A DNA stretch of 57,002 nt from a virus (taxonomy: Duplodnaviria; Caudoviricetes). Numbering within the stretch: position 1 is the first letter of the stretch; each line of letters begins with the position of its first letter. The stretch is taken from positions 1-57,002 of the IMG/VR virus record IMGVR_UViG_3300032193_000091. The stretch is one strand, 5' to 3'. This document shows, one piece after another, positions 49,411-56,867 of the stretch. Both the position numbers and the translations under genes were made by a program. The notes beneath the pieces were generated by a model. That model saw nothing but the letters and a program-made list of their open reading frames with translations, searched no databases and was not told where the DNA came from.

Positions 49411-49433
49411 GTGTGGTTCGTTTCGTTCCCTTA

Positions 49434-49493
49434 ATTATAAGGGCACGGATGCCCCTGCCAAGGAGTTCATAGGACAGTTCGACAATTGGACTT
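49434..49493 (-). promoter_or_regulatory. early promoter TTGGCA-N16-TATAAT with upstream box
   Basis: Box TAGGACAGT-N6-ATTGGACTT at 49470-49493. Confidence 0.7.
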
Positions 49494-49550
49494 CTGCCGA
49501 CGACGGGAAGCGACGGCATGGTGTAGTGTGCCACGGTCTGCCATAGTTAA

Positions 49551-49578
49551 CAACAAAGGGGGAACGATTGTCCCCCCT
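49551..49578 (-). terminator. Rho-independent terminator
   Basis: AGGGGGGAC-AATC-GTTCCCCCT followed by TTGTTG, downstream of the gene ending at 49589. Confidence 0.7.
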
Positions 49579-49588
49579 CGGTGAACTA

Positions 49589-49945
49589 TCAGGCGAGCAG
49601 ATCTTGAGAAGTAAGGGCACCAAGTCGCATTCCAGAGCGAAACTCAGTGACGAAGAATTCAGTGCCATTGTAGAGACGAATGAACCACTGATAGTTCTTC
49701 TGGAATACACCTTCGCCTGCAATACCATGCTCAGTCAGAATAGCATTGAGGCGAGACTTTGTGGTGTTGGACTGCCAACCACCGTCGTAAAGTTTGATGC
49801 CATTGTCATCAACCTCAGCAATCAGATTGCCATGGAGACGCACATAGGAAACGCCGTCAATTGTCTCAACGGAAGTGTTTGCTTTGGACCAATACTCATT
49901 GTTGTTGCTGATAGCGACGTTCATGAGTTGTTCGATCTTACGCAT
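49589..49945 (-). CDS. conserved phage early hypothetical protein
   Basis: MRKIEQLM...VRLHGNLIA...GGWQSNTTKSRLNAI...VFQKNYQWF. Confidence 0.85.
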   Translation of the reverse strand: MRKIEQLMNVAISNNNEYWSKANTSVETIDGVSYVRLHGNLIAEVDDNGIKLYDGGWQSNTTKSRLNAILTEHGIAGEGVFQKNYQWFIRLYNGTEFFVTEFRSGMRLGALTSQDLLA

Positions 49946-49976
49946 GGAGTGAAAGCGGTTTGTTTGAACTGAAGTT

Positions 49977-50037
49977 ATTATAGGCACAGGGTCAGCGAGA
50001 ATGCTGGGGTCACTGTGCCAGTTCCCCAAGTGGTTTA
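49977..50037 (-). promoter_or_regulatory. early promoter with upstream box
   Basis: TATAAT at 49977-49982; box TGTGCCAGT-N6-AGTGGTTTA at 50014-50037. Confidence 0.72.
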
Positions 50038-50187
50038 GTCGTAGGGGAAGAATGATGACGTGGTGCTAGATGTTGTGTAGGGGATATCACTCTCCCCACC
50101 AAACATTTCATAGTAGAGTTCACTGAAGATAGCGAAATCATCTGGTGTTTCGCTATTCCAAACTTTGAGGATTTCAGCGTAGTTCAT
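50035..50187 (-). CDS. small acidic hypothetical protein
   Basis: MNYAEILKVWNSETPDDF; starts 1 nt after the upstream stop. Confidence 0.6.
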   Translation of the reverse strand: MNYAEILKVWNSETPDDFAIFSELYYEMFGGESDIPYTTSSTTSSFFPYD

Positions 50188-50188
50188 G

Positions 50189-50311
50189 TCAGTCATCGAG
50201 CAAAGGATCGTCTTTTTCAATGTCATCTTGCATGTCAGGTGGCATCATCTCTCGATCATCAATATCGAGATCGAAGATCTCACCAGGCATGTCCTGAATT
50301 TCATCCCACAT
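50189..50311 (-). CDS. small acidic hypothetical protein (40 aa)
   Basis: Not in the track: MWDEIQDMPGEIFDLDIDDREMMPPDMQDDIEKDDPLLDD; tightly packed between neighbours. Confidence 0.7.
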   Translation of the reverse strand: MWDEIQDMPGEIFDLDIDDREMMPPDMQDDIEKDDPLLDD

Positions 50312-50313
50312 AA

Positions 50314-50478
50314 TCAGTTACCGTTGAGAAAATCTGCCATTGCTTCCTGATACTCTTCGAAGGTAGCGAAGCGATCAGCGAAGCGGGAAGGCACCTTACC
50401 CGTGCTGGGTGATGCCTTGGGGAGGTCTCGCCCCTTAGCGAGGATCTGTTGCTCGTAAACGTTGTGGTTTTTTTCCAT
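50314..50478 (-). CDS. hypothetical early protein
   Basis: Start placed at MEKNHNVY, just after the -10 at 50485-50490. Confidence 0.72.
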   Translation of the reverse strand: MEKNHNVYEQQILAKGRDLPKASPSTGKVPSRFADRFATFEEYQEAMADFLNGN

Positions 50479-50484
50479 GTGTCT

Positions 50485-50542
50485 ACAATACACGGTTTGA
50501 GGGGCAGTGCCAAAATCGTGTGCCACCTGTTCGATCGTCCAC
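50485..50542 (-). promoter_or_regulatory. early promoter TTGGCA-N17-TATTGT with upstream box
   Basis: Box TGTGCCACC-N6-ATCGTCCAC at 50519-50542. Confidence 0.65.
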
Positions 50543-50565
50543 TCGCGGCCGACCAGTTTGTAACA

Positions 50566-50823
50566 CTAACTCTGTGTGGTGTAGTCTACATCGAAGGGGA
50601 CAACACATTCACCCGCTTCAATATCATCTAGGATGATACGGTAGTCTATACTTTGGATGCAAAATCCTGCAGATGATGTTAACTCCTCAATCAAATCATC
50701 TTCATCATCTGCTTCCCAAAATGTTCCGATATAATCTTCATAGATCTCAAGTTGTTGTGAAGGTGATAACTCAAAGTTGTCATCTTCAAAATCAAACTGA
50801 ATCGAGGTAATTTGGAATTGCAT
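50566..50823 (-). CDS. acidic hypothetical protein
   Basis: MQFQITSIQFDFED...WEADDEDDLIEELT...GFCIQSIDY. Confidence 0.8.
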   Translation of the reverse strand: MQFQITSIQFDFEDDNFELSPSQQLEIYEDYIGTFWEADDEDDLIEELTSSAGFCIQSIDYRIILDDIEAGECVVPFDVDYTTQS

Positions 50824-50840
50824 TGTTGTTAGTTAGAGAA

Positions 50841-50920
50841 AGAAAAATCCCGAACATGTATACATTACACGATCGGGATTATTAATCAAGTGTTATTGTG
50901 CCAGTTCAATAAGTGTCATC
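50841..50920 (-). promoter_or_regulatory. terminator-like hairpin overlapping an early promoter (TTGATT-N16-TAATGT) with upstream box
   Basis: Stem AATCCCGA.CGTGTA/TACATG.TCGGGATT followed by a T-rich tail; box TGTGCCAGT-N6-AGTGTCATC at 50897-50920. Confidence 0.65.
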
Positions 50921-51064
50921 ATACTCATTGACTTCTCGTTTAAACTTCGCTACCTTCTTTTTAGTTTGTCTGCGAATATTCTTCACTTCATAACCAAAGT
51001 CTTCGAAATCATCATCGAATTGTTGATACCTTTGGTTTTCGGATTGATTGTAACGCTTACCCAT
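50906..51064 (-). CDS. small hypothetical protein (52 aa)
   Basis: Not in the track: MGKRYNQSENQRYQQFDDDFEDFGYEVKNIRRQTKKKVAKFKREVNEYDDTY. Confidence 0.75.
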   Translation of the reverse strand: MGKRYNQSENQRYQQFDDDFEDFGYEVKNIRRQTKKKVAKFKREVNEYDDTY

Positions 51065-51098
51065 GATTTGCTGTTGATTGTTGTATCAAACTGTGTGA

Positions 51099-51329
51099 TT
51101 ATTTAGTTACAGCAACTAGTTCACCTTGTTTGATACAACTATTGACTAGTTTACCCATTGATTCTTCATTCTCAATGGTTTTACTTACTTTTTCAATGAA
51201 TTCTTCAGTATTTTGACAAATAAACTCGTATTCTTTGTCAATATTACTCTTATAAGTGATATATACACTCTTTTCTTCTACTTTTAACTCATTAATAGCA
51301 GTAGAGTCTTTGATTTCAATGGTTTTCAT
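51099..51329 (-). CDS. KTSC-domain-like protein
   Basis: STAI...V.ITY......YEF...S.GK..N..IK pattern. Confidence 0.6.
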   Translation of the reverse strand: MKTIEIKDSTAINELKVEEKSVYITYKSNIDKEYEFICQNTEEFIEKVSKTIENEESMGKLVNSCIKQGELVAVTK

Positions 51330-51708
51330 TGATTTGTGTGTTAATGTGCGTTATTTAAAGTTTAAAAAAGAAAAACTCTTAAAAATTAAGAATTCTCAGT
51401 TTTATAACTTTTTAAAAAAGTCGTTTTTTTGACTTTTTAAGAATTTGAGAAATCCCCCAAATCCATGAATGTAGTATACAGTGCTTTCGAGGGTTTCTGA
51501 GGGGTCTCTGTGCCACTAGAAGCACTGTCACACCCTCGGTTGACTTTCGAGTGGTAGCGTGCTAAGCCAACATCTCCAGCGCACCTTACCCCCATTTAAT
51601 CAACCTTTTTTTATTATTGATTCTCAACTAGACTATCTTATTGAGAACCATTGGTATGACTAGCGCGGAAGCACCTTGAAAACCTTATTGATTCTCAATA
51701 GCAAGTGG
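51330..51708. other. long non-coding region with an AT-rich tract, divergent promoters and repeats (candidate origin)
   Basis: No ORF. AT-rich 51350-51450; TATACT (minus) at 51473-51478; palindrome at 51509-51532; TTGACT-N17-TAAGCC (plus) at 51540-51568; TTATTGATTCTCAA at 51614 and 51685. Confidence 0.6.
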
Positions 51709-52716
51709 TTACTTGTCTATGTACTCCCATACGTGATTATATGCATGTTTTGTTTGAAATTGGATGTGTCTAGTGATGTTACCAGAAGCAGATCTATCAC
51801 CTTCTCCTTTGAGATAGTATGATGCATTAGATATTGATTCAAACTCTACAACTTCATTAGTGTGTATGTGTGTACCACGTACTGGTTTTGCTTTAACTAG
51901 TTTAGATAGTTGTGAGATCTCTTTTGCTTTCTCACTAGTAAGACCATTTCTTTCTGCTCTTGTAAATGGTGATGTTGCATCATTCTTTGATCTAAAGCAA
52001 TACCATCCCTTTGCTTGTAGTTTGTTTGAGTTGGGTGAATTAAGTGAGTGAAATATAGAGTTATTTTGTTTTCTATCACCTAGGATTGCTTCTGCTGCAT
52101 CTGCTTGTGATTTAAAGTATCGCTTCTCATTTGTTGTTGGATTGATAGCATAGATGCCACCTCTACGATTAACACGATTGTTTACTTCTTTTAGTGGTTC
52201 ACCTTGCCAACTCCAACGATGACCTGATGATTGAAATGTTGTACCTTTGATACATGCTTTTACAGCACCACGTTCAGATAGTGTTGGATCTCTTCCTAAT
52301 ACTGTACGTAGGGCAACACCAGTTGTTGGGTATGTTGTTAGGTATCTACCTTCTAGATCATAACAATCTACTGGTTTAGAGTATGGATGATTACCCCAGT
52401 ATTTGGGTGGTTTCTTAATACCATCACCACCTAGGGTAATATTATATCCATAGTTGTACGTATCGTATTCTTGAATGTAATGTCTTTCTCTATCATTTAC
52501 TACTTCATCGGGGCATTCTTCAATGAGAGTAAAGATAAAAGAATCTGCACCATACTTACGAATTGCTCGTAGTATAGGCATTGACTGTGCTTGCTTATTG
52601 TTTAGTCTTGCTGTGTTCTTATGTTCTTTCCAGCGATCGAATGGATTATGTTTAGTTGTCTTACCAATGTACTTCTTATCGTTAGCAAGATTTGTTATCA
52701 AATATATGTGCGCCAT
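51709..52716 (-). mobile_element. free-standing GIY-YIG homing endonuclease (seg-like) with NUMOD1-type repeats
   Basis: HIYLITN...KKYIGKT...RWKEH...AIRKYG...E...I...GYNITLGGDG, followed by three helix-turn-helix modules (e.g. FKSQADAAE, FESISNASYYL) ending in W.W/WEY. Confidence 0.88.
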
Positions 52717-52720
52717 ACTA

Positions 52721-53272
52721 TTATTTTTTGAATTGACACCATCCTGTTGCAATGAACTTGGTTGATGTTGTTGGTGTTACCCCTTTATGTGGGTGAGTCC
52801 AGTATGCAGGCCATACTGCCATCATACCTTGTCTTGCACGTAGTTTCATATTTTGAAACGGAAACTCCGTGCCTTCATTACAATCATTGAGATAGATCAT
52901 CCATGCTATATGTCTAAGTGGATGATAGGATGAGTATTCACAATGTGGGGAGAAATAACCTTCACCTTCATTATAACGTTGAATGTTATAGTAGTGGCAT
53001 ATCTCCCACGGTTCAATTTGTTCTAGGAAGTGATATTTATTGACGTAGTTCTGTATACCTTTAACAACAGCAGGATAGATGAAAGAATTGTATTGAATGA
53101 ATTGAGTTTCAAAGAAGTTAAGATGAAGATCAGTAGAGCGTTTAAACTCTAGGTTGACTTCATCATGATTGATTGCACCAGGGACTGTGCGCTTATCCTT
53201 TTGGAATAAGGCACAACAGGTAGCAGCATCCTGCTTCTCCATTACATTATAAATCTCAATCATTGCTGACAT
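52721..53272 (-). CDS. 2OG-Fe(II) oxygenase (prolyl-4-hydroxylase-like)
   Basis: NIQRY...HCE...WMIYLND...GTEF...WPAYWTHPHKG...KFIATGW. Confidence 0.9.
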   Translation of the reverse strand: MSAMIEIYNVMEKQDAATCCALFQKDKRTVPGAINHDEVNLEFKRSTDLHLNFFETQFIQYNSFIYPAVVKGIQNYVNKYHFLEQIEPWEICHYYNIQRYNEGEGYFSPHCEYSSYHPLRHIAWMIYLNDCNEGTEFPFQNMKLRARQGMMAVWPAYWTHPHKGVTPTTSTKFIATGWCQFKK

Positions 53273-53275
53273 ATT

Positions 53276-53611
53276 CTATCTCTCATCATTATTCCAGAAC
53301 TTTAGATTTGCTTCTAGCAGTGCTTCAGTGACATCTTCTTTGAATGAGCGTCGTGGGATAAAGATATCATCTTCATCTTGTTTATACTCTGGGTATTGTT
53401 CTTTGAATGTGTATTCTACATCATAGATGAGCGATTGTGTGATGTCATTGAGAACTTCTAGTGTTTGTGGTTGAAGTGTTTCCCACATATATCCAGGGAA
53501 CATATCATCCTTGACACGATCTAGCAATGCTTTCTTACATTGCCAACGTGCATCAAAGAGAGATGTAAATGCTTCCCAGTCTTCGTTAGATTTAAAATTA
53601 GGAATTGTCAT
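53276..53611 (-). CDS. hypothetical protein
   Basis: 111-aa ORF coupled to neighbours. Confidence 0.75.
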   Translation of the reverse strand: MTIPNFKSNEDWEAFTSLFDARWQCKKALLDRVKDDMFPGYMWETLQPQTLEVLNDITQSLIYDVEYTFKEQYPEYKQDEDDIFIPRRSFKEDVTEALLEANLKFWNNDER

Positions 53612-53789
53612 CAGGATTACTCTTCTTAGATGGGATGAGTTGGTATGCTAGTCTATCACGTAATAGATTAATACGCTCTTCATCATATTGTTGAAAGTTT
53701 GTGTGTTTATCTACTTTCTTGTAATGATGAAGGGCGTTGAGGATGATCGTGTAATCTTCTAGTGAAAGCGTGAACGTTTGACCTTCCAT
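53598..53789 (-). CDS. hypothetical protein
   Basis: LSLEDYTIILNALHHYKK...I..LRDRL. Confidence 0.75.
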   Translation of the reverse strand: MEGQTFTLSLEDYTIILNALHHYKKVDKHTNFQQYDEERINLLRDRLAYQLIPSKKSNPDDNS

Positions 53790-53848
53790 GTCATTTCAAG
53801 TGTAATAGTGAGTAGTATAATGAAGAATATGATGAAGATGGTACTCAT
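53759..53848 (-). CDS. 29-aa membrane peptide
   Basis: Not in the track: MSTIFIIFFIILLTITLEMTWKVKRSRFH; ATGA-coupled to the upstream gene. Confidence 0.55.
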   Translation of the reverse strand: MSTIFIIFFIILLTITLEMTWKVKRSRFH

Positions 53849-53982
53849 TGATGTGCTAGTTTGTATAGTTCATCTAAGATTGGTTTTAATTCATCATATC
53901 GTGCGTTGTTGAGATGTTGTAGAGCACGTTCTTGTTCTTTACGGACGATTGCTTCTACTTCTTGCCATTGACGTTGGTTCAT
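53845..53982 (-). CDS. small helical hypothetical protein (45 aa)
   Basis: Not in the track: MNQRQWQEVEAIVRKEQERALQHLNNARYDELKPILDELYKLAHQ; ATGA overlaps at both ends. Confidence 0.7.
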   Translation of the reverse strand: MNQRQWQEVEAIVRKEQERALQHLNNARYDELKPILDELYKLAHQ

Positions 53983-54221
53983 GTGAAGTTCCTGAGTGAA
54001 TGGTATACTGCTTCAATATGCATGTTCCCGTGTATATATCCTGCCACGATGATAGCAATAGCGAAGAAGAAACAAGCGGCAAGTGATAGTACAAGAGGGA
54101 CAGTAGGATTAGCTACCTGTGTATTGGTAGCATTTGTATTGTGGTTGGTATCGATCGATGTACTTTTGGGCGTGTTCGATACATGTGAACCAGCATCGTT
54201 TTCCTTCTGATTTGTCATCAA
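53979..54221 (-). CDS. single-pass membrane protein
   Basis: Transmembrane segment VPLVLSLAACFFFAIAIIVAG followed by YIHGNMHI; ATGA-coupled. Confidence 0.75.
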   Translation of the reverse strand: MMTNQKENDAGSHVSNTPKSTSIDTNHNTNATNTQVANPTVPLVLSLAACFFFAIAIIVAGYIHGNMHIEAVYHSLRNFT

Positions 54222-54588
54222 GGAAAATAGGGAAAGTTGGATGGTGGGGAAACAACTCGCTCTTTCGTGAGTTTAACACCTTGATCCCAGGATCCTTCTG
54301 CTTCTGGCGAGAACGAGTAGAGGTACGCTTCGTATTGTTGGTCGAAGTCTTTGTACTCTTTGCCTTCGGACTCGCTTTCGAGGTACTCTTTGATTGCTTC
54401 TTCTTTGACTGTGTACCAGTCGTAGTCAGCGATTGTTGGTTCTTCTTTAGTGCTGCTTGAGTCTTTGACCTTGGTGAGGATGATTTTGCCTTGGGAGATA
54501 CTCCAGCAGAGTTCGTCACCTTCTTGCCAGTTGAGCGTTTTGAGGATGTGGTTGGGGATTTCGATGTAGTAGTCTTCCGTGTCGGCAT
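54109..54588 (-). CDS. overprinted basic protein (K/S/T-rich N-terminus, globular C-terminus)
   Basis: 159 open codons; C-terminal FPHHPTFPIFLDDKSEGKRCWFTCIEHAQKYIDRY looks like a folded domain; fully overlapped by two other genes. Confidence 0.6.
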   Translation of the reverse strand: MPTRKTTTSKSPTTSSKRSTGKKVTNSAGVSPKAKSSSPRSKTQAALKKNQQSLTTTGTQSKKKQSKSTSKASPKAKSTKTSTNNTKRTSTRSRQKQKDPGIKVLNSRKSELFPHHPTFPIFLDDKSEGKRCWFTCIEHAQKYIDRYQPQYKCYQYTGS

Positions 54589-54622
54589 ACTGTTGAACCT
54601 CAGTGATGAACTTACTTGACAT
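54218..54622 (-). CDS. AbrB/MazE-like (swapped-hairpin) DNA-binding protein with acidic tail
   Basis: YYIEIPNHILKTLNWQEGDELCWSISQGKIILTK. Confidence 0.75.
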   Translation of the reverse strand: MSSKFITEVQQYADTEDYYIEIPNHILKTLNWQEGDELCWSISQGKIILTKVKDSSSTKEEPTIADYDWYTVKEEAIKEYLESESEGKEYKDFDQQYEAYLYSFSPEAEGSWDQGVKLTKERVVSPPSNFPYFP

Positions 54623-55286
54623 AATTATTCTCCTTCAACCATTGATATGTCAAGGGAGTAGGATTATATACTTCCCACATATTACCAGCGGCACATGCAT
54701 TTAGTGCTTTTTGCGTCATTCCATCTGTTCTACCCGCCCATCCTGCTTCTGCCTCCCAGGGCACAGCAGATTTAGGATATGTACGCTCTGCCATGACACG
54801 CCAGACCATAGGAACAGATTCCTCAGGCATAATAATAGCAATCATGTTATTCTTGATGCTACCTGCCATACAGTCTTGTGCTGCGTGCCAACCCTCATGA
54901 CGCATTACTTGCATCAAATAATGAGGTTTATCCATGTACTTCTTATTCAAATAGAAGTTGTTGGAGACAGTATGGTACACACCACGATGCCCTGGTGGGA
55001 AATAACGCTCATCAGCAAGGTAGACTTTACTACCAATTTGATTGAGTGTCATCAGTAGAGTATTGAACTCTGGAGCATTTGATGTGTAACGCTCTGGGTT
55101 CTCATATTGTGAAGAGATGTCGAGCATGGAATGGACTTCCTCAACATCTTTGGTACACTCACGGAGCAACATACACCCCATTGCGTCCATGGTGTTGTAT
55201 CCTTTGGTAATCTTACCTGGCTTAGCATATGCTACTGTGCCGAGACTAACAGCAGTGAGGAGCGCAAGGAGTGTTTGTTTCATCAT
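54612..55286 (-). CDS. secreted/periplasmic HExxH zinc-metallopeptidase-like protein
   Basis: Signal peptide MKQTLLALLTAVSLGTVAYA; GVY; MRHEGWHAAQDC; WEAEA. Confidence 0.75.
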   Translation of the reverse strand: MMKQTLLALLTAVSLGTVAYAKPGKITKGYNTMDAMGCMLLRECTKDVEEVHSMLDISSQYENPERYTSNAPEFNTLLMTLNQIGSKVYLADERYFPPGHRGVYHTVSNNFYLNKKYMDKPHYLMQVMRHEGWHAAQDCMAGSIKNNMIAIIMPEESVPMVWRVMAERTYPKSAVPWEAEAGWAGRTDGMTQKALNACAAGNMWEVYNPTPLTYQWLKENNYVK

Positions 55287-55432
55287 GATTGGATTGGTTC
55301 AGTCTTACGTTTTTCTTGAATTGCAGCAAATAGTTCTGCTTGACGTGCGTCATCCTGATCTACAACTGCTTGCATGAAGTCAGTGACTAGTTGACGCATC
55401 TCATCAGAGATCGAAGGTTGTTCTGAGCTCAT
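55283..55432 (-). CDS. small hypothetical protein (49 aa)
   Basis: Not in the track: MSSEQPSISDEMRQLVTDFMQAVVDQDDARQAELFAAIQEKRKTEPIQS; ATGA-coupled downstream. Confidence 0.65.
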   Translation of the reverse strand: MSSEQPSISDEMRQLVTDFMQAVVDQDDARQAELFAAIQEKRKTEPIQS

Positions 55433-55619
55433 CGTAGTTTGTGTAAAGGGTTTCTTCTGACTCGTAGTTTTCAGGATCTAACCACTCGAACCACTCATCT
55501 GCAAAGCAGATAGCATCGTCGTGACGATCTTCAGCAATGAGTTCACGGAAATGTTCTACAACCCACTCACAAATTTCATCACGTTGTTCGGAAATGCGAA
55601 GTGCGTCAAGGTTATTCAT
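55404..55619 (-). CDS. acidic hypothetical protein
   Basis: 71-aa ORF, ATGA-coupled. Confidence 0.75.
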   Translation of the reverse strand: MNNLDALRISEQRDEICEWVVEHFRELIAEDRHDDAICFADEWFEWLDPENYESEETLYTNYDELRTTFDL

Positions 55620-55864
55620 AGTTTTTTGAGGAAGAGAACGTTGGCGAGGTGATCGTATTCAATAAATTCTACATCACGAGGGAGTAGAGAGACTGCTGCT
55701 GCCGCAAAGTCGTTAGGAAACTTCTTAAACAAGCGCCAGAACTTCTCAACACCATCATAATCTAGATCTTCGTGCGGAAGGACACGAACTTCATACTCTC
55801 CACGAGTGTAACGATTGGGGAATGGATTGATGAACTCGCGGATATGCTCTTGGAGCAAATTCAT
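55616..55864 (-). CDS. hypothetical protein
   Basis: 82-aa ORF, ATGA-coupled. Confidence 0.75.
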   Translation of the reverse strand: MNLLQEHIREFINPFPNRYTRGEYEVRVLPHEDLDYDGVEKFWRLFKKFPNDFAAAAVSLLPRDVEFIEYDHLANVLFLKKL

Positions 55865-56091
55865 TTGACAAATACCTCATCAGTATGTTCGGTGTGTAGC
55901 ATTGCTGCTTGCTTCAAATAGTAGCACATGTGTGCCACATACTCAACATCTTCTTCATTAGGATCGAAATCAAATGAATTATCCCAATCAGGATTACCAT
56001 TTTCATCGACAGGCGCACCAAATGGTACGTCATCACAATCTAGAGCGAACGCGGTATCATCAGCAACAAGATAGAACTGAGGAGCGGACAT
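55861..56091 (-). CDS. acidic hypothetical protein
   Basis: 76-aa ORF downstream of a canonical sigma70 promoter. Confidence 0.75.
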   Translation of the reverse strand: MSAPQFYLVADDTAFALDCDDVPFGAPVDENGNPDWDNSFDFDPNEEDVEYVAHMCYYLKQAAMLHTEHTDEVFVK

Positions 56092-56113
56092 TGGTTTGAA
56101 GCGAAGGAACTAC

Positions 56114-56142
56114 AGTGTACTATGTATGGGGCAGATTGTCAA
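56114..56142 (-). promoter_or_regulatory. canonical sigma70 promoter TTGACA-N17-TACACT
   Basis: Near-consensus; heads the coupled operon running from about 56091 to 52721. Confidence 0.8.
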
Positions 56143-56561
56143 CGCATGTAGAGATAACCACCCGCCCAATCTGCATTCTCCAGCAACCACTCACGATCTT
56201 TAATCAGGCAGAGGTTGAAGCGAACGTGCTTAGCAGGTGCTTTGAATGATGCTGCCTTGTAGACTTCACCAGTCTTCTTATCTACGAAAGCGTGAACGCT
56301 ACGGGAGGGAGGACGATTGTTGTTGGGAACCTCCATGATGATCTTGTGGTATTTGCGACCAGACTCGATCACGAACTTGTAGGATGGTGCTTCATACTTA
56401 CCACCAATCGTGCCCTTGTTACGGGACCTGAAGTTGTGCTCCAGTGCATCACACAGCATCAGAGTCCACTTGCGGATGTTGAGTTGGATCTCGTTACGAG
56501 CGTCCTGGGTAGCGCAGAAGTCAGCGAAGGTCTTAGAGGTGGGGTTGGGAAGGGAGATCAT
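56139..56561 (-). CDS. conserved phage early hypothetical protein
   Basis: GRKYHKII...SVHAFVDKKTGEVYKAASFKAPAKHVRFNL...DWAGGYLY. Confidence 0.85.
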   Translation of the reverse strand: MISLPNPTSKTFADFCATQDARNEIQLNIRKWTLMLCDALEHNFRSRNKGTIGGKYEAPSYKFVIESGRKYHKIIMEVPNNNRPPSRSVHAFVDKKTGEVYKAASFKAPAKHVRFNLCLIKDREWLLENADWAGGYLYMR

Positions 56562-56583
56562 GGTCTCTTGTGTTGATGAACTT

Positions 56584-56642
56584 AGTATAGGGTAAGATGG
56601 GGTCAGTTGACGACCATCTCGGTCACTTCTTCAGCTGGCACA
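56584..56642 (-). promoter_or_regulatory. early promoter with box embedded in the upstream CDS
   Basis: TATACT at 56584-56589; TCGGTCACT-N6-GCTGGCACA at 56619-56642. Confidence 0.6.
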
Positions 56643-56842
56643 CGGGAGACAGTCAGGCGACGGAAGTTATAGTTGCGCCATTGCTCGCAAGACTCAGTGG
56701 TAACACGATTGTGCTGACGATCCATGCCCTTGGCGGTCTTGCACTTGCGCTCCTTGCGGAAGAACACGATAGGGTGCTGAGGGCTCTCAGCGAAGTCGAT
56801 CTCGATGCGGTAGAAGGAGTGCTTCACGGTTTGGACGGTCAT
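56603..56842 (-). CDS. hypothetical early protein
   Basis: 79-aa ORF with its own promoter. Confidence 0.8.
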   Translation of the reverse strand: MTVQTVKHSFYRIEIDFAESPQHPIVFFRKERKCKTAKGMDRQHNRVTTESCEQWRNYNFRRLTVSRVPAEEVTEMVVN

Positions 56843-56867
56843 GTGGTGTTCCCTTGACGACTTCTGT

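Noticed and set aside
49146-51532. Repeated TGTGCCAGTT as a CRISPR-like array
   Set aside because: The copies are short and degenerate, irregularly spaced by hundreds of bp, separated by genes and tied to -10 elements; no cas genes are present.
51709-52752. Group I intron around the GIY-YIG ORF; upstream start at 52752
   Set aside because: The flanking genes look complete and no split gene is evident; the extended start overlaps the oxygenase, so ATG 52716 was preferred.
129-56857. Numerous short plus-strand ORFs in the track
   Set aside because: They are antisense shadows of well-supported minus-strand genes and show no recognisable motifs.
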